The translations under genes were made by a program, and so were the position numbers. A DNA stretch of 58,088 nt from Candidatus Desulfatibia profunda. GTDB lineage: Bacteria; Desulfobacterota; Desulfobacteria; Desulfobacterales; UBA11574. Location: positions 1 through 58,088 of the forward strand of contig JACNJH010000207.1 of the NCBI GenBank assembly GCA_014382665.1, written 5' to 3'. The notes below the pieces were generated by a model that made no database searches, was not told where the DNA came from, and saw only the letters and a list, made by a program, of their open reading frames with translations. Of the stretch, positions 49,335 through 58,088 are shown one piece after another; the stretch's first letter is position 1, and the number at the start of each line of letters is the position of its first letter.

Positions 49335-49658
49335 TTTAAGGAACTGGAACTGATGAAGCCGTCCGCATATCTGATTAACACCTCACGGGGACCGGTAATC
49401 GATGAAAGGGCGCTTTTAAAGGCCCTTGAGAACCGGGTGATATCCGGAGCCGGTCTGGATGTATATGAACATGAACCTGAATTGACTCCCGGTCTTTCAG
49501 CGCTTGACAATGTGATTCTTCTTCCCCATATAGGCAGCGCTACCGTCGAAACCCGCACAAAAATGGCGATGATGGCCGCCCAAAATCTTTTGGCTGGACT
49601 GAAAGGGGAAACACCGCCCAACTGTTTGAACTGTGCCGACCTTTGTGATAACAAATAA
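49335..49658 (+). pseudogene. 5'-truncated D-2-hydroxyacid dehydrogenase (glyoxylate/glycerate reductase-like)
   Basis: only the C-terminal part is present: KELELMKPSAYLINTSRG, GLDVYE, LPHIGSA; no GxGxxG region upstream. Confidence 0.8.
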
Positions 49659-49695
49659 AATCGCTGAGCGATTTTATAAAACGTCCCGCTTAAAG

Positions 49696-49732
49696 CAGGA
49701 CTAATAAAATAATATCCCTTTATTTAGTCCTG
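49696..49732. terminator. hairpin after the dehydrogenase remnant
   Basis: CAGGACTAATAAA / TTTATTTAGTCCTG. Confidence 0.45.
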
Positions 49733-49739
49733 AAAAACT

Positions 49740-49984
49740 TGGTCCTCTGGGCCAGGTCAGAGTTAACTGGCTTTGCCAAAGACCTTTAAAAGTGCCTTAA
49801 GTTTGAAGTGAGCTAAAGTGCGCTAAAGTTAAGGAATTCTATCAATTATATAAAAAATAATGGAGCGAAGCGACTCCGTAACTTTAGGCACTTTAGCTCA
49901 CTTAAGGCACTTCGAACTTGTCCAATTTTCAGAAAAGCAGCCCCCCTTTCAGGGGCAAACCAAAGCCTGGTCCTCTGGGCCAGG
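49740..49984. repeat. long nonamer-repeat palindrome bracketed by 17-bp direct repeats
   Basis: IR arms spanning 49790-49912 (AAGTGCCTTAAGT...GCTAAAGTTA); TGGTCCTCTGGGCCAGG at 49740 and 49968. Confidence 0.7.
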
Positions 49985-50039
49985 ATTCTTTACTATAGCG
50001 GCGAAGCCGCGTTTTAAAAAATCATGGAATGATTTTTTT

Positions 50040-51269
50040 ATGAAAGAATTTTTTAAGGTTACAGACTTAGAAAAGGTTCTTGCATATGCATCCGACTTCC
50101 CCAGGGTTGATATCGAAGAGGTTCCGCTGGACAAGGCTGCCGGCCGGATTCTGGCGGAAGATATCGTTTCGGACTTTGATCTTCCGGATTTTGAGCGATC
50201 TACCATGGACGGTTACGCTGTAAAGGCTGCATCTACTTTTGGTTCGACAGAAGGGAATCCTGCTTATCTTGCCATAAAAGGCGTTGTTGAGATGGGGGAA
50301 TCGCCCGCATTTTCAATCGCACCCGGTGAAGCTGCTAAAATATCCACCGGCGGTATGCTGCCGGATGGGGCCGACAGTGTTGTCGTGATTGAACATACCG
50401 AGGCGGTTGACGACGTCACGATAGAAGCATACAAAAGCGTTGCTCCGGGACAGAACGTGCTGGCAAAGGGCGAAGATGTCCAAAAGGGTGATATTATGCT
50501 CACCTGCGGCCGGAAACTCAGATCCCAGGAAACCGGCCTTCTGGCGGCCTTCGGCAGAGAAACGATTCGTGTCTTTCGCCGGCCGGTTATCGCCATTATC
50601 TCCACCGGCGATGAAGTGGTCCCGATAAATGAAATCCCCGGACCCGGCCAAATCCGCGATATCAATTCCTATACGCTGGCGACCCTGGTGCAGGGTGCCG
50701 GCGGTGTTCCGATAATGCTCGGGATTGTCGGCGACAACATTGACGAGCTTTTCGAAAGATGCACAACGGCACTGGCCCAATCCGACATGGTCCTGATTTC
50801 AGGGGGAAGCAGTGTGGGCACCCGCGATTTTACCATCGAGGTGCTTGCGGCCCTGTCCGATGCTAAAATCCTGGTTCACGGCATTTCCATCAGTCCCGGC
50901 AAGCCCACCATTCTGGCCAGGTCGGGCAACCAGGCAATTTGGGGCTTGCCCGGCCATGTGGTATCCGCCATGGTCGTTTTTGAAATCGTTATCCGGCCGT
51001 TTATTGAACGTATCGCCGGCCTTTCAGCGGAACATAAAAACGTTTTCAAACTTTCCGCCCTGCTCAGCAGAAACCTTTCGTCGGCACAAGGGCGTATCGA
51101 TTATGTCCGGGTGCGGCTCGTTGAAAAAGAAGGGGTTCTATGGGCGGAACCGATCCTGGGGAAATCGGGCCTTATCCATACCATGGTAAAGGCCGACGGT
51201 CTGATCGAGATCGGTATCAACTCGGAAGGTTTGGACAAGGGCACTGAAGTTGAAGTCATTCTTATTTAG
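50040..51269 (+). CDS. moeA: molybdopterin molybdenumtransferase
   Basis: STMDGYAV, ISTGG, STGDE, SGGSSVG, PGKP, GLPG; likely start 50040. Confidence 0.92.
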   Translation: MKEFFKVTDLEKVLAYASDFPRVDIEEVPLDKAAGRILAEDIVSDFDLPDFERSTMDGYAVKAASTFGSTEGNPAYLAIKGVVEMGESPAFSIAPGEAAKISTGGMLPDGADSVVVIEHTEAVDDVTIEAYKSVAPGQNVLAKGEDVQKGDIMLTCGRKLRSQETGLLAAFGRETIRVFRRPVIAIISTGDEVVPINEIPGPGQIRDINSYTLATLVQGAGGVPIMLGIVGDNIDELFERCTTALAQSDMVLISGGSSVGTRDFTIEVLAALSDAKILVHGISISPGKPTILARSGNQAIWGLPGHVVSAMVVFEIVIRPFIERIAGLSAEHKNVFKLSALLSRNLSSAQGRIDYVRVRLVEKEGVLWAEPILGKSGLIHTMVKADGLIEIGINSEGLDKGTEVEVILI

Positions 51270-51370
51270 ACAGGATTAACAAGATGGACTTGATTATTTG
51301 TTTTTAACAGTTTCATCAGGAAACTGTTAAAAATTAAAAGGAAATCCTCAAATATCCTGTCGATCCTGTC
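51269..51370. repeat. intergenic nested palindrome
   Basis: GACAGGAT ... ATCCTGTC(x2) enclosing TTTTTAACAGTTTC / GAAACTGTTAAAAA. Confidence 0.55.
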
Positions 51371-51446
51371 AAAAATGCATTTTATAATCTTTGTGAACTT
51401 CGTGTTCTTCTTGGTTTAAACCAGTTCACAGACAAATCGGGGAAAA

Positions 51447-53375
51447 ATGAGTCATAAGCGCAACATATATCTACAGATGAAGACCCTGAAAGAGGCTCGT
51501 GCCATCCTCTTTGACGCGTTTCCGGCATCCGGAGTTCTTTTAAGCGAAACAGTTCCGGTGCCGGACGCTGTCGGCCGGGTACTGGCCGAAGCGGTCGCGG
51601 CCGAGATTTCTTCACCCAATTTCCATTCGTCGGCCATGGACGGCATTGCCGTGAAAGCCCGAACGACATTTGGAGCCTCTGAAACCAAACCCAGGGAACT
51701 TGTGGTGGGCCGGGATGCCTTTTTTATCAATACCGGTCATGTAATGCCGAAAAACACCGATGCGGTGATTATGATCGAGCACGTCAATGTTCTGGAGGAA
51801 CGCCGTGTTCAAATCGAGGCCCCGGTGTTTCCGTGGCAGAACGTCAGGAAGATGGGCGAAGACATTGTGGCCACGGAGCTTTTGTTTCCCAGGAACCATG
51901 TTATTACACCGTATTGCCTCGGCGCCCTGCTTTCCGGAGGTATTTTTAAGGTTGTTGTGCGCAAAAAGCCGAAAGTGCTCATCATTCCAACCGGCAGTGA
52001 GCTGGTGGACTGGCGCGTAACAGCCCTTGAAGATCTTCAACCCGGGCAGGTGCTCGAAACCAATTCTTTTCTGCTGGGGAAACTGGTCGAATCCTATGGC
52101 GGGGAGTTTGTTCGCCATGAAATCCTAAAAGATGATCATGATCAGATCAAACAGGCGATCGACAGGGCCATAAGGGGCGATATAAACGTGGTTCTGGCCG
52201 TGGGCGGGTCATCGGCAGGGTCCGAGGATTATGCCAGGGGCGTCATCGAAGATCTGGGCAGGGTGCTCGTTCACGGTGTAACCATTATGCCCGGAAAACC
52301 GGTTATCATCGGCGCTGTCGGCGGCACGCCGGTATTTGGCATCCCGGGATACCCGGTATCGGCCATCATTGCCTTTGAGCAGTTTGTCGGCCCGCTGATC
52401 TTAAGGATGCTGGGACAACCCGAAAGGGAGCGCCCCGGTGTTCAAGTTGAACCGACCCGCAAAATCGCATCCAAACTCGGGGTTGAAGAATTCGTGCGGG
52501 TAAAGCTCGGGACTGTCGGCAACAAGGTTGTGGCCACTCCCCTGCCCAGAGGGGCGGGATGCATCACCACCATCACCGAGGCCGACGGTATTATCCGGAT
52601 ACCCAATCACGTGGAAGGGCTTAACATTCATGAACCGGTTACGGCGGAACTGCTGCGCCCCCTGTCAACCGTGAACAACACGATTGTGGTTGTCGGCAGC
52701 CACGACAACACCCTGGATGTTCTGGCCGACCAGATCCGGGCCGGCCATAGCAACCTTGTCCTTTCTTCGAGCCATGTCGGCAGCATGGGCGGGCTGATGG
52801 CCATTAAAAAAGGGGTGTGCCATCTGGCCGGATCCCATCTTTTAGATACCGAAGACGGCACGTACAACATTTCCTATATCAAAAAGCATCTTCCCGATGT
52901 CAGGGTAAGATTGGTGAACCTGGTCTTTCGGGATCAGGGTTTGATCGTAGCGCGCGGGAATCCTAAGGGCATCCAGGGAATCGAAGACCTGGCGCGCGAG
53001 GATATCACGTTTATCAACCGTCAGGCCGGCTCCGGCACCAGGGTTTTGCTCGATTACAACTTGCAGCAGCTTGGTATCGATTCCGCCGGGATCAGCGGGT
53101 ATGAAACCGAAGAGTTTACCCACATGTCCGTTGCCGTGGCGGTGCTCGGCGGAACCGCCGATGCAGGCTTAGGGATCTATGCGGCTGCAAAGGCTTTAAA
53201 GTTGGATTTTATTCCGGTGGTTACCGAACAGTACGATCTGGTCATTCCCCAAATATATTTCGAGTCGCCGAACATTAAAGTGTTGCTTGAGACCATTAAC
53301 ACCCAGGCCTTTAAAACACGGGTCGAAGCCCTGGGCGGATACAGCACCGCAATAACAGGTGAAATGATCATATAA
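51447..53375 (+). CDS. moeA: MoeA fused to a periplasmic-binding-protein-like (PBP) domain
   Basis: SAMDGIAV, PGKP, PGYPVS, then GSHD, GSMGGL, NRQAGSGTR. Confidence 0.9.
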   Translation: MSHKRNIYLQMKTLKEARAILFDAFPASGVLLSETVPVPDAVGRVLAEAVAAEISSPNFHSSAMDGIAVKARTTFGASETKPRELVVGRDAFFINTGHVMPKNTDAVIMIEHVNVLEERRVQIEAPVFPWQNVRKMGEDIVATELLFPRNHVITPYCLGALLSGGIFKVVVRKKPKVLIIPTGSELVDWRVTALEDLQPGQVLETNSFLLGKLVESYGGEFVRHEILKDDHDQIKQAIDRAIRGDINVVLAVGGSSAGSEDYARGVIEDLGRVLVHGVTIMPGKPVIIGAVGGTPVFGIPGYPVSAIIAFEQFVGPLILRMLGQPERERPGVQVEPTRKIASKLGVEEFVRVKLGTVGNKVVATPLPRGAGCITTITEADGIIRIPNHVEGLNIHEPVTAELLRPLSTVNNTIVVVGSHDNTLDVLADQIRAGHSNLVLSSSHVGSMGGLMAIKKGVCHLAGSHLLDTEDGTYNISYIKKHLPDVRVRLVNLVFRDQGLIVARGNPKGIQGIEDLAREDITFINRQAGSGTRVLLDYNLQQLGIDSAGISGYETEEFTHMSVAVAVLGGTADAGLGIYAAAKALKLDFIPVVTEQYDLVIPQIYFESPNIKVLLETINTQAFKTRVEALGGYSTAITGEMII

Positions 53376-53426
53376 TAGAAAAGCCTGTTCTGGCGGATGT
53401 AGTAGAAGAAGCTTTATGGTTTGGTT

Positions 53427-53852
53427 ATGGGGATTAGAAAAAAATATAAGTTAATTGACCATACGGCCGATTTCGGCATCCATGTGTTTGGATCCGATCC
53501 AAAAGAGCTGTTTGTTAATGCGGCCCATGCCGTGTTCGATATGCTGACCCAGATCGATGCGCTCAAGGGACGGGAGACCGCTGACCTGCGGGTCGCCGGT
53601 GATGACTGGTCCGACCTGATGGTCAACTGGCTCAGAGAGCTGTTATACCTGTGGAACGGCCGGGAACTTCTGGTTAAAAAAGTACACATTTATTCTATAT
53701 CTGAAACCGAACTGGCTGCAACGCTTGAGTTGGATCCGTTCGACCCGGACCGGCATATCATCAAAATGGAAATCAAGGCGGTAACCTACCACCAGATCCA
53801 GGTCAAATGCGGCCCTAAAGGCTGGGAAGCAAAAATCATCTTCGACGTATAA
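53427..53852 (+). CDS. archease
   Basis: DHTAD, EIKAVTYH, terminal IIFDV. Confidence 0.9.
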   Translation: MGIRKKYKLIDHTADFGIHVFGSDPKELFVNAAHAVFDMLTQIDALKGRETADLRVAGDDWSDLMVNWLRELLYLWNGRELLVKKVHIYSISETELAATLELDPFDPDRHIIKMEIKAVTYHQIQVKCGPKGWEAKIIFDV

Positions 53853-53974
53853 TCGAACCCTTTTCCATCCTATTGGCAACTTGTTGCGAGATCATGAAAA
53901 TATTTGTACATTTATACAAAAATATCTGGAGTTTTTTGTATGTTTATGTAAAATACTACAACACTTAGAGAGGC

Positions 53975-55045
53975 TTACTCGATCATTTTTTTACATTCAG
54001 GACATTCCTGGCTGCAATTCGGGCAGAGCGGGTGGAGGTGGCGGCAAAAATGAACGCTAAAGGTGCTGAGACCGCAACCCCGGCACACCTGGGGATCTAA
54101 AAGTTTGTTGGCCGGATTGTAAATCAGGGAAAGACGCTGCAGCTTTCTGCCGACGGATACCCGATACAGAACTTTGACGGCCGGGGTGTGGATCAGCATA
54201 GCACCGCAAAGTTTTAGGTTGACGCGTATGCTGTATTTTTTAAACAGATCGTCGGTTTTTCGCGCCAGTTCATCCGGTAGCAAGCCTATTTTTTGTTGGC
54301 GCTCCTGGATCAGTTGTGCGGAAAGCCCGGGTCTTTCAAGGCTTGCTTTCATCTCCTGTTCCAGATCGGTATAATATTCTTCCAGGCTGGTCACATCACG
54401 GCGAAGCCTTCGGTTCATACTGTTCCGAAACGGTGCGATTTCTTCTGCCAGGTCCGCCTCTAGATGGCATCCGACCCATTCTATGATTCTCTGAATCCTT
54501 TCTTCTTCCCAGTTAACCGGTTTTTCTTTGGTTTGAAACTCGCTGACCGCCAGCCCTATATTCTGCTCCATGTCAGCAATCCGGGCTCCGTTTTCAAGAT
54601 TGAATATCAGTTTGATAAGACCTTCCTTTTGTTCATCGCTCTGGGCCGAATACTTACACGCCAGCAGCAGGTATTCGGTCCGAACCTCTGCAAAGCTTTC
54701 AACCTTGCCCACAGCGCCGTGAAAGGTAAACTGATTGCGGATCAGGCGATCAAACCCCTGGCTTTTAAGATAATCAAAGTGCAGATGGCATTCGACCAAC
54801 GGCGCCGCTTCGCAAGCTGCATTTACTATTTTGTCCAGCAAGGATGAACCAAAATTAATCGAACAGATTGAATCTGAATCTGGAACTGTGTCGATTTGAA
54901 TGAATTCAGCCGTTTCGAGCATTTTGGAGAGACGGTCAGACAGAAGCACGTCAAAACCTTTGCTGCTTTTTTCTATTATCGCGCCACGATTTTCAAGAAA
55001 CCGACAGACAAAACGCTCTAATGAATGATCTGAATCAAATCTCAT
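53975..55045 (-). CDS. YqhG-like partner of the SNF2 helicase, with a C-terminal Cys/His cluster
   Basis: overlaps the helicase stop; CRGC..FCRHLHPLCPNC..CPEC; family call from recall only. Confidence 0.5.
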   Translation of the reverse strand: MRFDSDHSLERFVCRFLENRGAIIEKSSKGFDVLLSDRLSKMLETAEFIQIDTVPDSDSICSINFGSSLLDKIVNAACEAAPLVECHLHFDYLKSQGFDRLIRNQFTFHGAVGKVESFAEVRTEYLLLACKYSAQSDEQKEGLIKLIFNLENGARIADMEQNIGLAVSEFQTKEKPVNWEEERIQRIIEWVGCHLEADLAEEIAPFRNSMNRRLRRDVTSLEEYYTDLEQEMKASLERPGLSAQLIQERQQKIGLLPDELARKTDDLFKKYSIRVNLKLCGAMLIHTPAVKVLYRVSVGRKLQRLSLIYNPANKLLDPQVCRGCGLSTFSVHFCRHLHPLCPNCSQECPECKKMIE

Positions 55046-57368
55046 AGTTTTCTCCGAACAGCTTCTCATCTAAAGCCTTGGTCTTTTCATATCCGGTTTT
55101 GTTTTGCTTCAGACGGGTGGCCAGTTGGTCGAATCTTTTTTTTCTTTCGGTGTCGGAAACCGATTGGATCCAGATATCATAAACCATATCGGAAAATTCC
55201 TTCTCGCCCTGGATACGACCCAGGATCATGTCGATTTCGCCGATGACCATCTCAAACATGTTGATCTTTTTGTCAAGCACTTCGAGAATATAGTCCTCGG
55301 CGCTGCCTGCGGCACACAGATTGTAAACAGTAACTTCCTTTTCCTGCCCGATCCGGTGGATGCGGCCGATACGCTGCTCGATCTTCATTGGATTCCATGG
55401 AAGATCATAGTTAATCATCTGGTGGCAGAACTGGAGATTTCGACCTTCCCCGCCGATCTCCGTAGTCAGTAAAACGTTTGCTTCCTCCGCGAATTTTTTT
55501 ATCTGTTCATCCTTGCTGCGGTTGTCCAGACGCCCGTGAAACAGGGCATGGGGAATTTTATTCCACGATAAAAAATCCGACAAATGATCCAGCGTACCCA
55601 TATATTTGACAAAGATGATTTTTTTCTCAAAAGACGATCCTAACAGCTTCAGCAGCACCCGGTTTTTGCGAGTATCATCCATGGAACGGCACAGGTTGTT
55701 AATGACCTGAATCTCCTTTTGATGATGCAGCGGAAGGTCTTTATTGCCTAGTATCCGCGACAGTGTCAGGTTTACAGCCTGCGGGGATGATCCGGCTTCG
55801 GCCAGCAAGTGCTTAAGCAATAGCTTATGTCCGGTTCCATCAGTGGCATTGATATCTTGAACCAGTCCGGTAATTCTCTCGTATAGTTCTTTTTCACTCC
55901 TGCTCGGATCCACTCGGATGGTATGGGCGAAACGCGGCGGCAGCCCGATTTTGGCCAGCGCACGCGTGTTGCGAATCATAACCTCTCCCAGAAGTGCCTT
56001 GAGCCGGCTGCGATTCTGGGGATCGGTGGGGTCACCGCGCGTCATGAATTCCTTGCGAAATTCAGAAGCTGTCTTTAATTGTCCGGGTTTCAGCAATGTA
56101 ATTAGATTATAAAGCTCCATCAAATTGTTCTCCACCGGTGTGGCCGTCAGCAGCAGCAAAAATCTTTTTTTCAAAGTATTGACCAGTTTCCAGTTGAGAG
56201 TGCTCCGGTTTTTAAGGTGGTGGGCCTCATCAACGATGACCATGTCATATTCCCGTGCAGTAACATGCGAGAAGTTTTTCGTTGATTTGGCTAAGTTAAT
56301 AGATGCCAGAATAAAAGGTTCCTGCCAGAAGCGATCTCCTTTGGTGCGGCAGTCCGGATCATCGGTGGATGGAAAATCGAGTCCGAATTTCGTCCGTAAC
56401 TCTTCCTTCCACTGGCTCACAAGCGAGGTAGGGGTTAAAATCAGGGCACTTTTCACCATTCCCCGCTGAATATATTCCTTAAGGACGATGGATGCTTCAA
56501 TGGTTTTCCCAAGGCCCACCTCATCCGACAGCAGGGTGCGTCCGCGAAAGCGTTTTAACACCTTACGGGCCGTCTCTTCCTGGTACCATAAAGAGCGAAC
56601 ACCTTGCAGGTTTGCAAGACAGATAAGGTTTTCAAAAGATTCCTTGAATCGGATTTGATAGCCTTCCAGGGCAAGGTTATAATTTTCATAAGACGTGAAA
56701 TGTCCCCGGCACAAAGGTTCCGTAAAAGAGGCGGCATCCACTTCAATGGATATCGGTATTTGCGGAAGCGGGGCCCTGTCTGCCGGTTTTTTAAAAGGTT
56801 CGCTTTGGGGTACCGGATTTACAGGTTCGACGGTTTCAGTCAGGCTAGGCTTCAGGCTCATTGCAGGGCGGGTGCCGGCCGGCTTTTTTAAAAACTCCAG
56901 CTGTGCCCGGCAGTATTGCTGAAGATTAACCATGGAGGATCGTATCTTGCGTTTATTTCGGATCTTCATTTCAGGGAGCAGACCCAGTACCTGCTCGGCA
57001 ACCTCCAGCGCCTGTTCATATTGTTTGTCCTTTGCCAAAAATTCACATAATATAATTAACCGTTCATCTTCTATCTTTCCGATGTTGTAAAGCCTTAAAA
57101 GCCCTTTGCCCATAAAGTCCGGCCGGTCCATTTCATGGCCCAGGTCTGCCATCGCCGCAAGCATATCCGGGTTATCCGGATCATACCTTAAAGCTTTCAT
57201 TACAAGCGTCAATGCTTTTTCATGATCCATCTGGTTCCAATACCACAGCGCCGCACTAAAAAAATAATCGGCCTTTTCCTTTTGGATGTTAACCACCAGT
57301 TTGTTTCGCCGCTCTTTGAGTTTGGCTTTCCGTTTGGTTTGTCTTTTTTTTGATTTTAACTTTGCCAT
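55035..57368 (-). CDS. SNF2/DEAD-like helicase with TPR-like N-terminus (YqhH-like)
   Basis: DEVGLGKT, DEAHH, LTATP, GGEGRNLQ, WNPMKIEQRIGRIHR. Confidence 0.9.
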   Translation of the reverse strand: MAKLKSKKRQTKRKAKLKERRNKLVVNIQKEKADYFFSAALWYWNQMDHEKALTLVMKALRYDPDNPDMLAAMADLGHEMDRPDFMGKGLLRLYNIGKIEDERLIILCEFLAKDKQYEQALEVAEQVLGLLPEMKIRNKRKIRSSMVNLQQYCRAQLEFLKKPAGTRPAMSLKPSLTETVEPVNPVPQSEPFKKPADRAPLPQIPISIEVDAASFTEPLCRGHFTSYENYNLALEGYQIRFKESFENLICLANLQGVRSLWYQEETARKVLKRFRGRTLLSDEVGLGKTIEASIVLKEYIQRGMVKSALILTPTSLVSQWKEELRTKFGLDFPSTDDPDCRTKGDRFWQEPFILASINLAKSTKNFSHVTAREYDMVIVDEAHHLKNRSTLNWKLVNTLKKRFLLLLTATPVENNLMELYNLITLLKPGQLKTASEFRKEFMTRGDPTDPQNRSRLKALLGEVMIRNTRALAKIGLPPRFAHTIRVDPSRSEKELYERITGLVQDINATDGTGHKLLLKHLLAEAGSSPQAVNLTLSRILGNKDLPLHHQKEIQVINNLCRSMDDTRKNRVLLKLLGSSFEKKIIFVKYMGTLDHLSDFLSWNKIPHALFHGRLDNRSKDEQIKKFAEEANVLLTTEIGGEGRNLQFCHQMINYDLPWNPMKIEQRIGRIHRIGQEKEVTVYNLCAAGSAEDYILEVLDKKINMFEMVIGEIDMILGRIQGEKEFSDMVYDIWIQSVSDTERKKRFDQLATRLKQNKTGYEKTKALDEKLFGENYEI

Positions 57369-57617
57369 AAATAATGCTTATATGCAGGAACAGGAAAAGA
57401 TCATATCATGTTATCCGGCCGCCCTTTTTATATCAACTCATTTGCCAGGCAGTGACGACCATGTGGCTTAATACCACAATTGTATCCATATTGTAAAATA
57501 TTTGAGATATTATTCTCCACATGTTATGTTTCGTAATAATGTCCTGTTAAATAATCCTATTCAAAATTGCGCTATATAAACAGCTGGAGGCGTGATGAAA
57601 AAAAGGTAGCTGTAGAT

Positions 57618-58088
57618 ATGAAAAAAGCCAAAATAGCACTAAAACCTTATCTGGATACAATCGCCGGCTATTGCAGCACTCTTTCAAATCAAGAGCTGAT
57701 AGAAATTATAATCAATCTTGCGAAGGATGTTTCGACCTCGGACAGGGCCAAATTCTTGGAAAAAATTGAATCATCACTCCCTGATCGCAGACCGGCAGCG
57801 GTGCCTGAAGCAGATCCGGTTGAGCAGATCCTTGACGATATTGGAGCGCTTAAGGAAAACATTGAGGAAAGAATCAACTCCATCGAAGACGGGAGTTACT
57901 GGGATGATCCTGATGACTGGCAAGATGACCGATATTATGATGAAGAGCCTGATTATATCAGCCAGGATCAAGTTGAAGATCTGGGATCTTTTTTGCCTGC
58001 CTGGAACAAGGTTTTGGCCAAAAAAGAAACAAATCCGAACGATTTTCAGTCGATGACGGCCTGGGTATATCTTTTTACGGTGAGATCG
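57618..58088 (+). CDS. hypothetical acidic protein, open at the window end (not in ORF track)
   Basis: MKKAKIALKPYLDTI...SIEDGSYWDDPDDWQDDRYYDEEPDY; no stop in 157 codons. Confidence 0.65.
   Translation, partial: MKKAKIALKPYLDTIAGYCSTLSNQELIEIIINLAKDVSTSDRAKFLEKIESSLPDRRPAAVPEADPVEQILDDIGALKENIEERINSIEDGSYWDDPDDWQDDRYYDEEPDYISQDQVEDLGSFLPAWNKVLAKKETNPNDFQSMTAWVYLFTVRS

Noticed and set aside
3758-57971. numerous 60-400 aa antisense or alternate-frame ORFs in the track (e.g. 48072-49286, 38479-39114)
   Set aside because: They lie opposite or within well-supported genes and have no recognisable domains.

Overview
This looks like the chromosome of a sulfate-reducing deltaproteobacterium (Desulfobacterales-like, inferred from dsrMKJOP and gene style). 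Core genes: ssrA (tmRNA), smpB, ptsI/ptsH, LOG, a Liv-type ABC transporter interleaved with acyl-CoA synthetases, pcm, a menA-like prenyltransferase, dsrMKJOP, amrS, a DEAD-box helicase, two moeA genes and archease. The first ~2.7 kb, 3' of tmRNA, looks accessory. It holds (1) a promoter, two covarying RNA hairpin units and a terminator in front of an NYN/PIN ribonuclease, a layout like a type III toxin-antitoxin locus but with a different nuclease fold, and (2) 4.4 near-identical 123-bp repeats leading into a small GIY-YIG nuclease with an in-frame Mor-type remnant behind its stop. Genes missing from the ORF track that I read by hand: a two-selenocysteine UXX-star protein, ribosomal protein bTHX, a 53-aa zinc-ribbon protein and a C-terminally open ORF at the right edge. 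Two enzyme clusters have no assignable product: sigma54-KamA/YkgJ/ATP-grasp/ATP-grasp-GNAT, and acyltransferase/B12 radical SAM/soluble kinase/epimerase facing an NtrC-type regulator. Several MITEs and short-period palindromic repeats sit between genes. All calls come from manual motif reading; no database searches were run.
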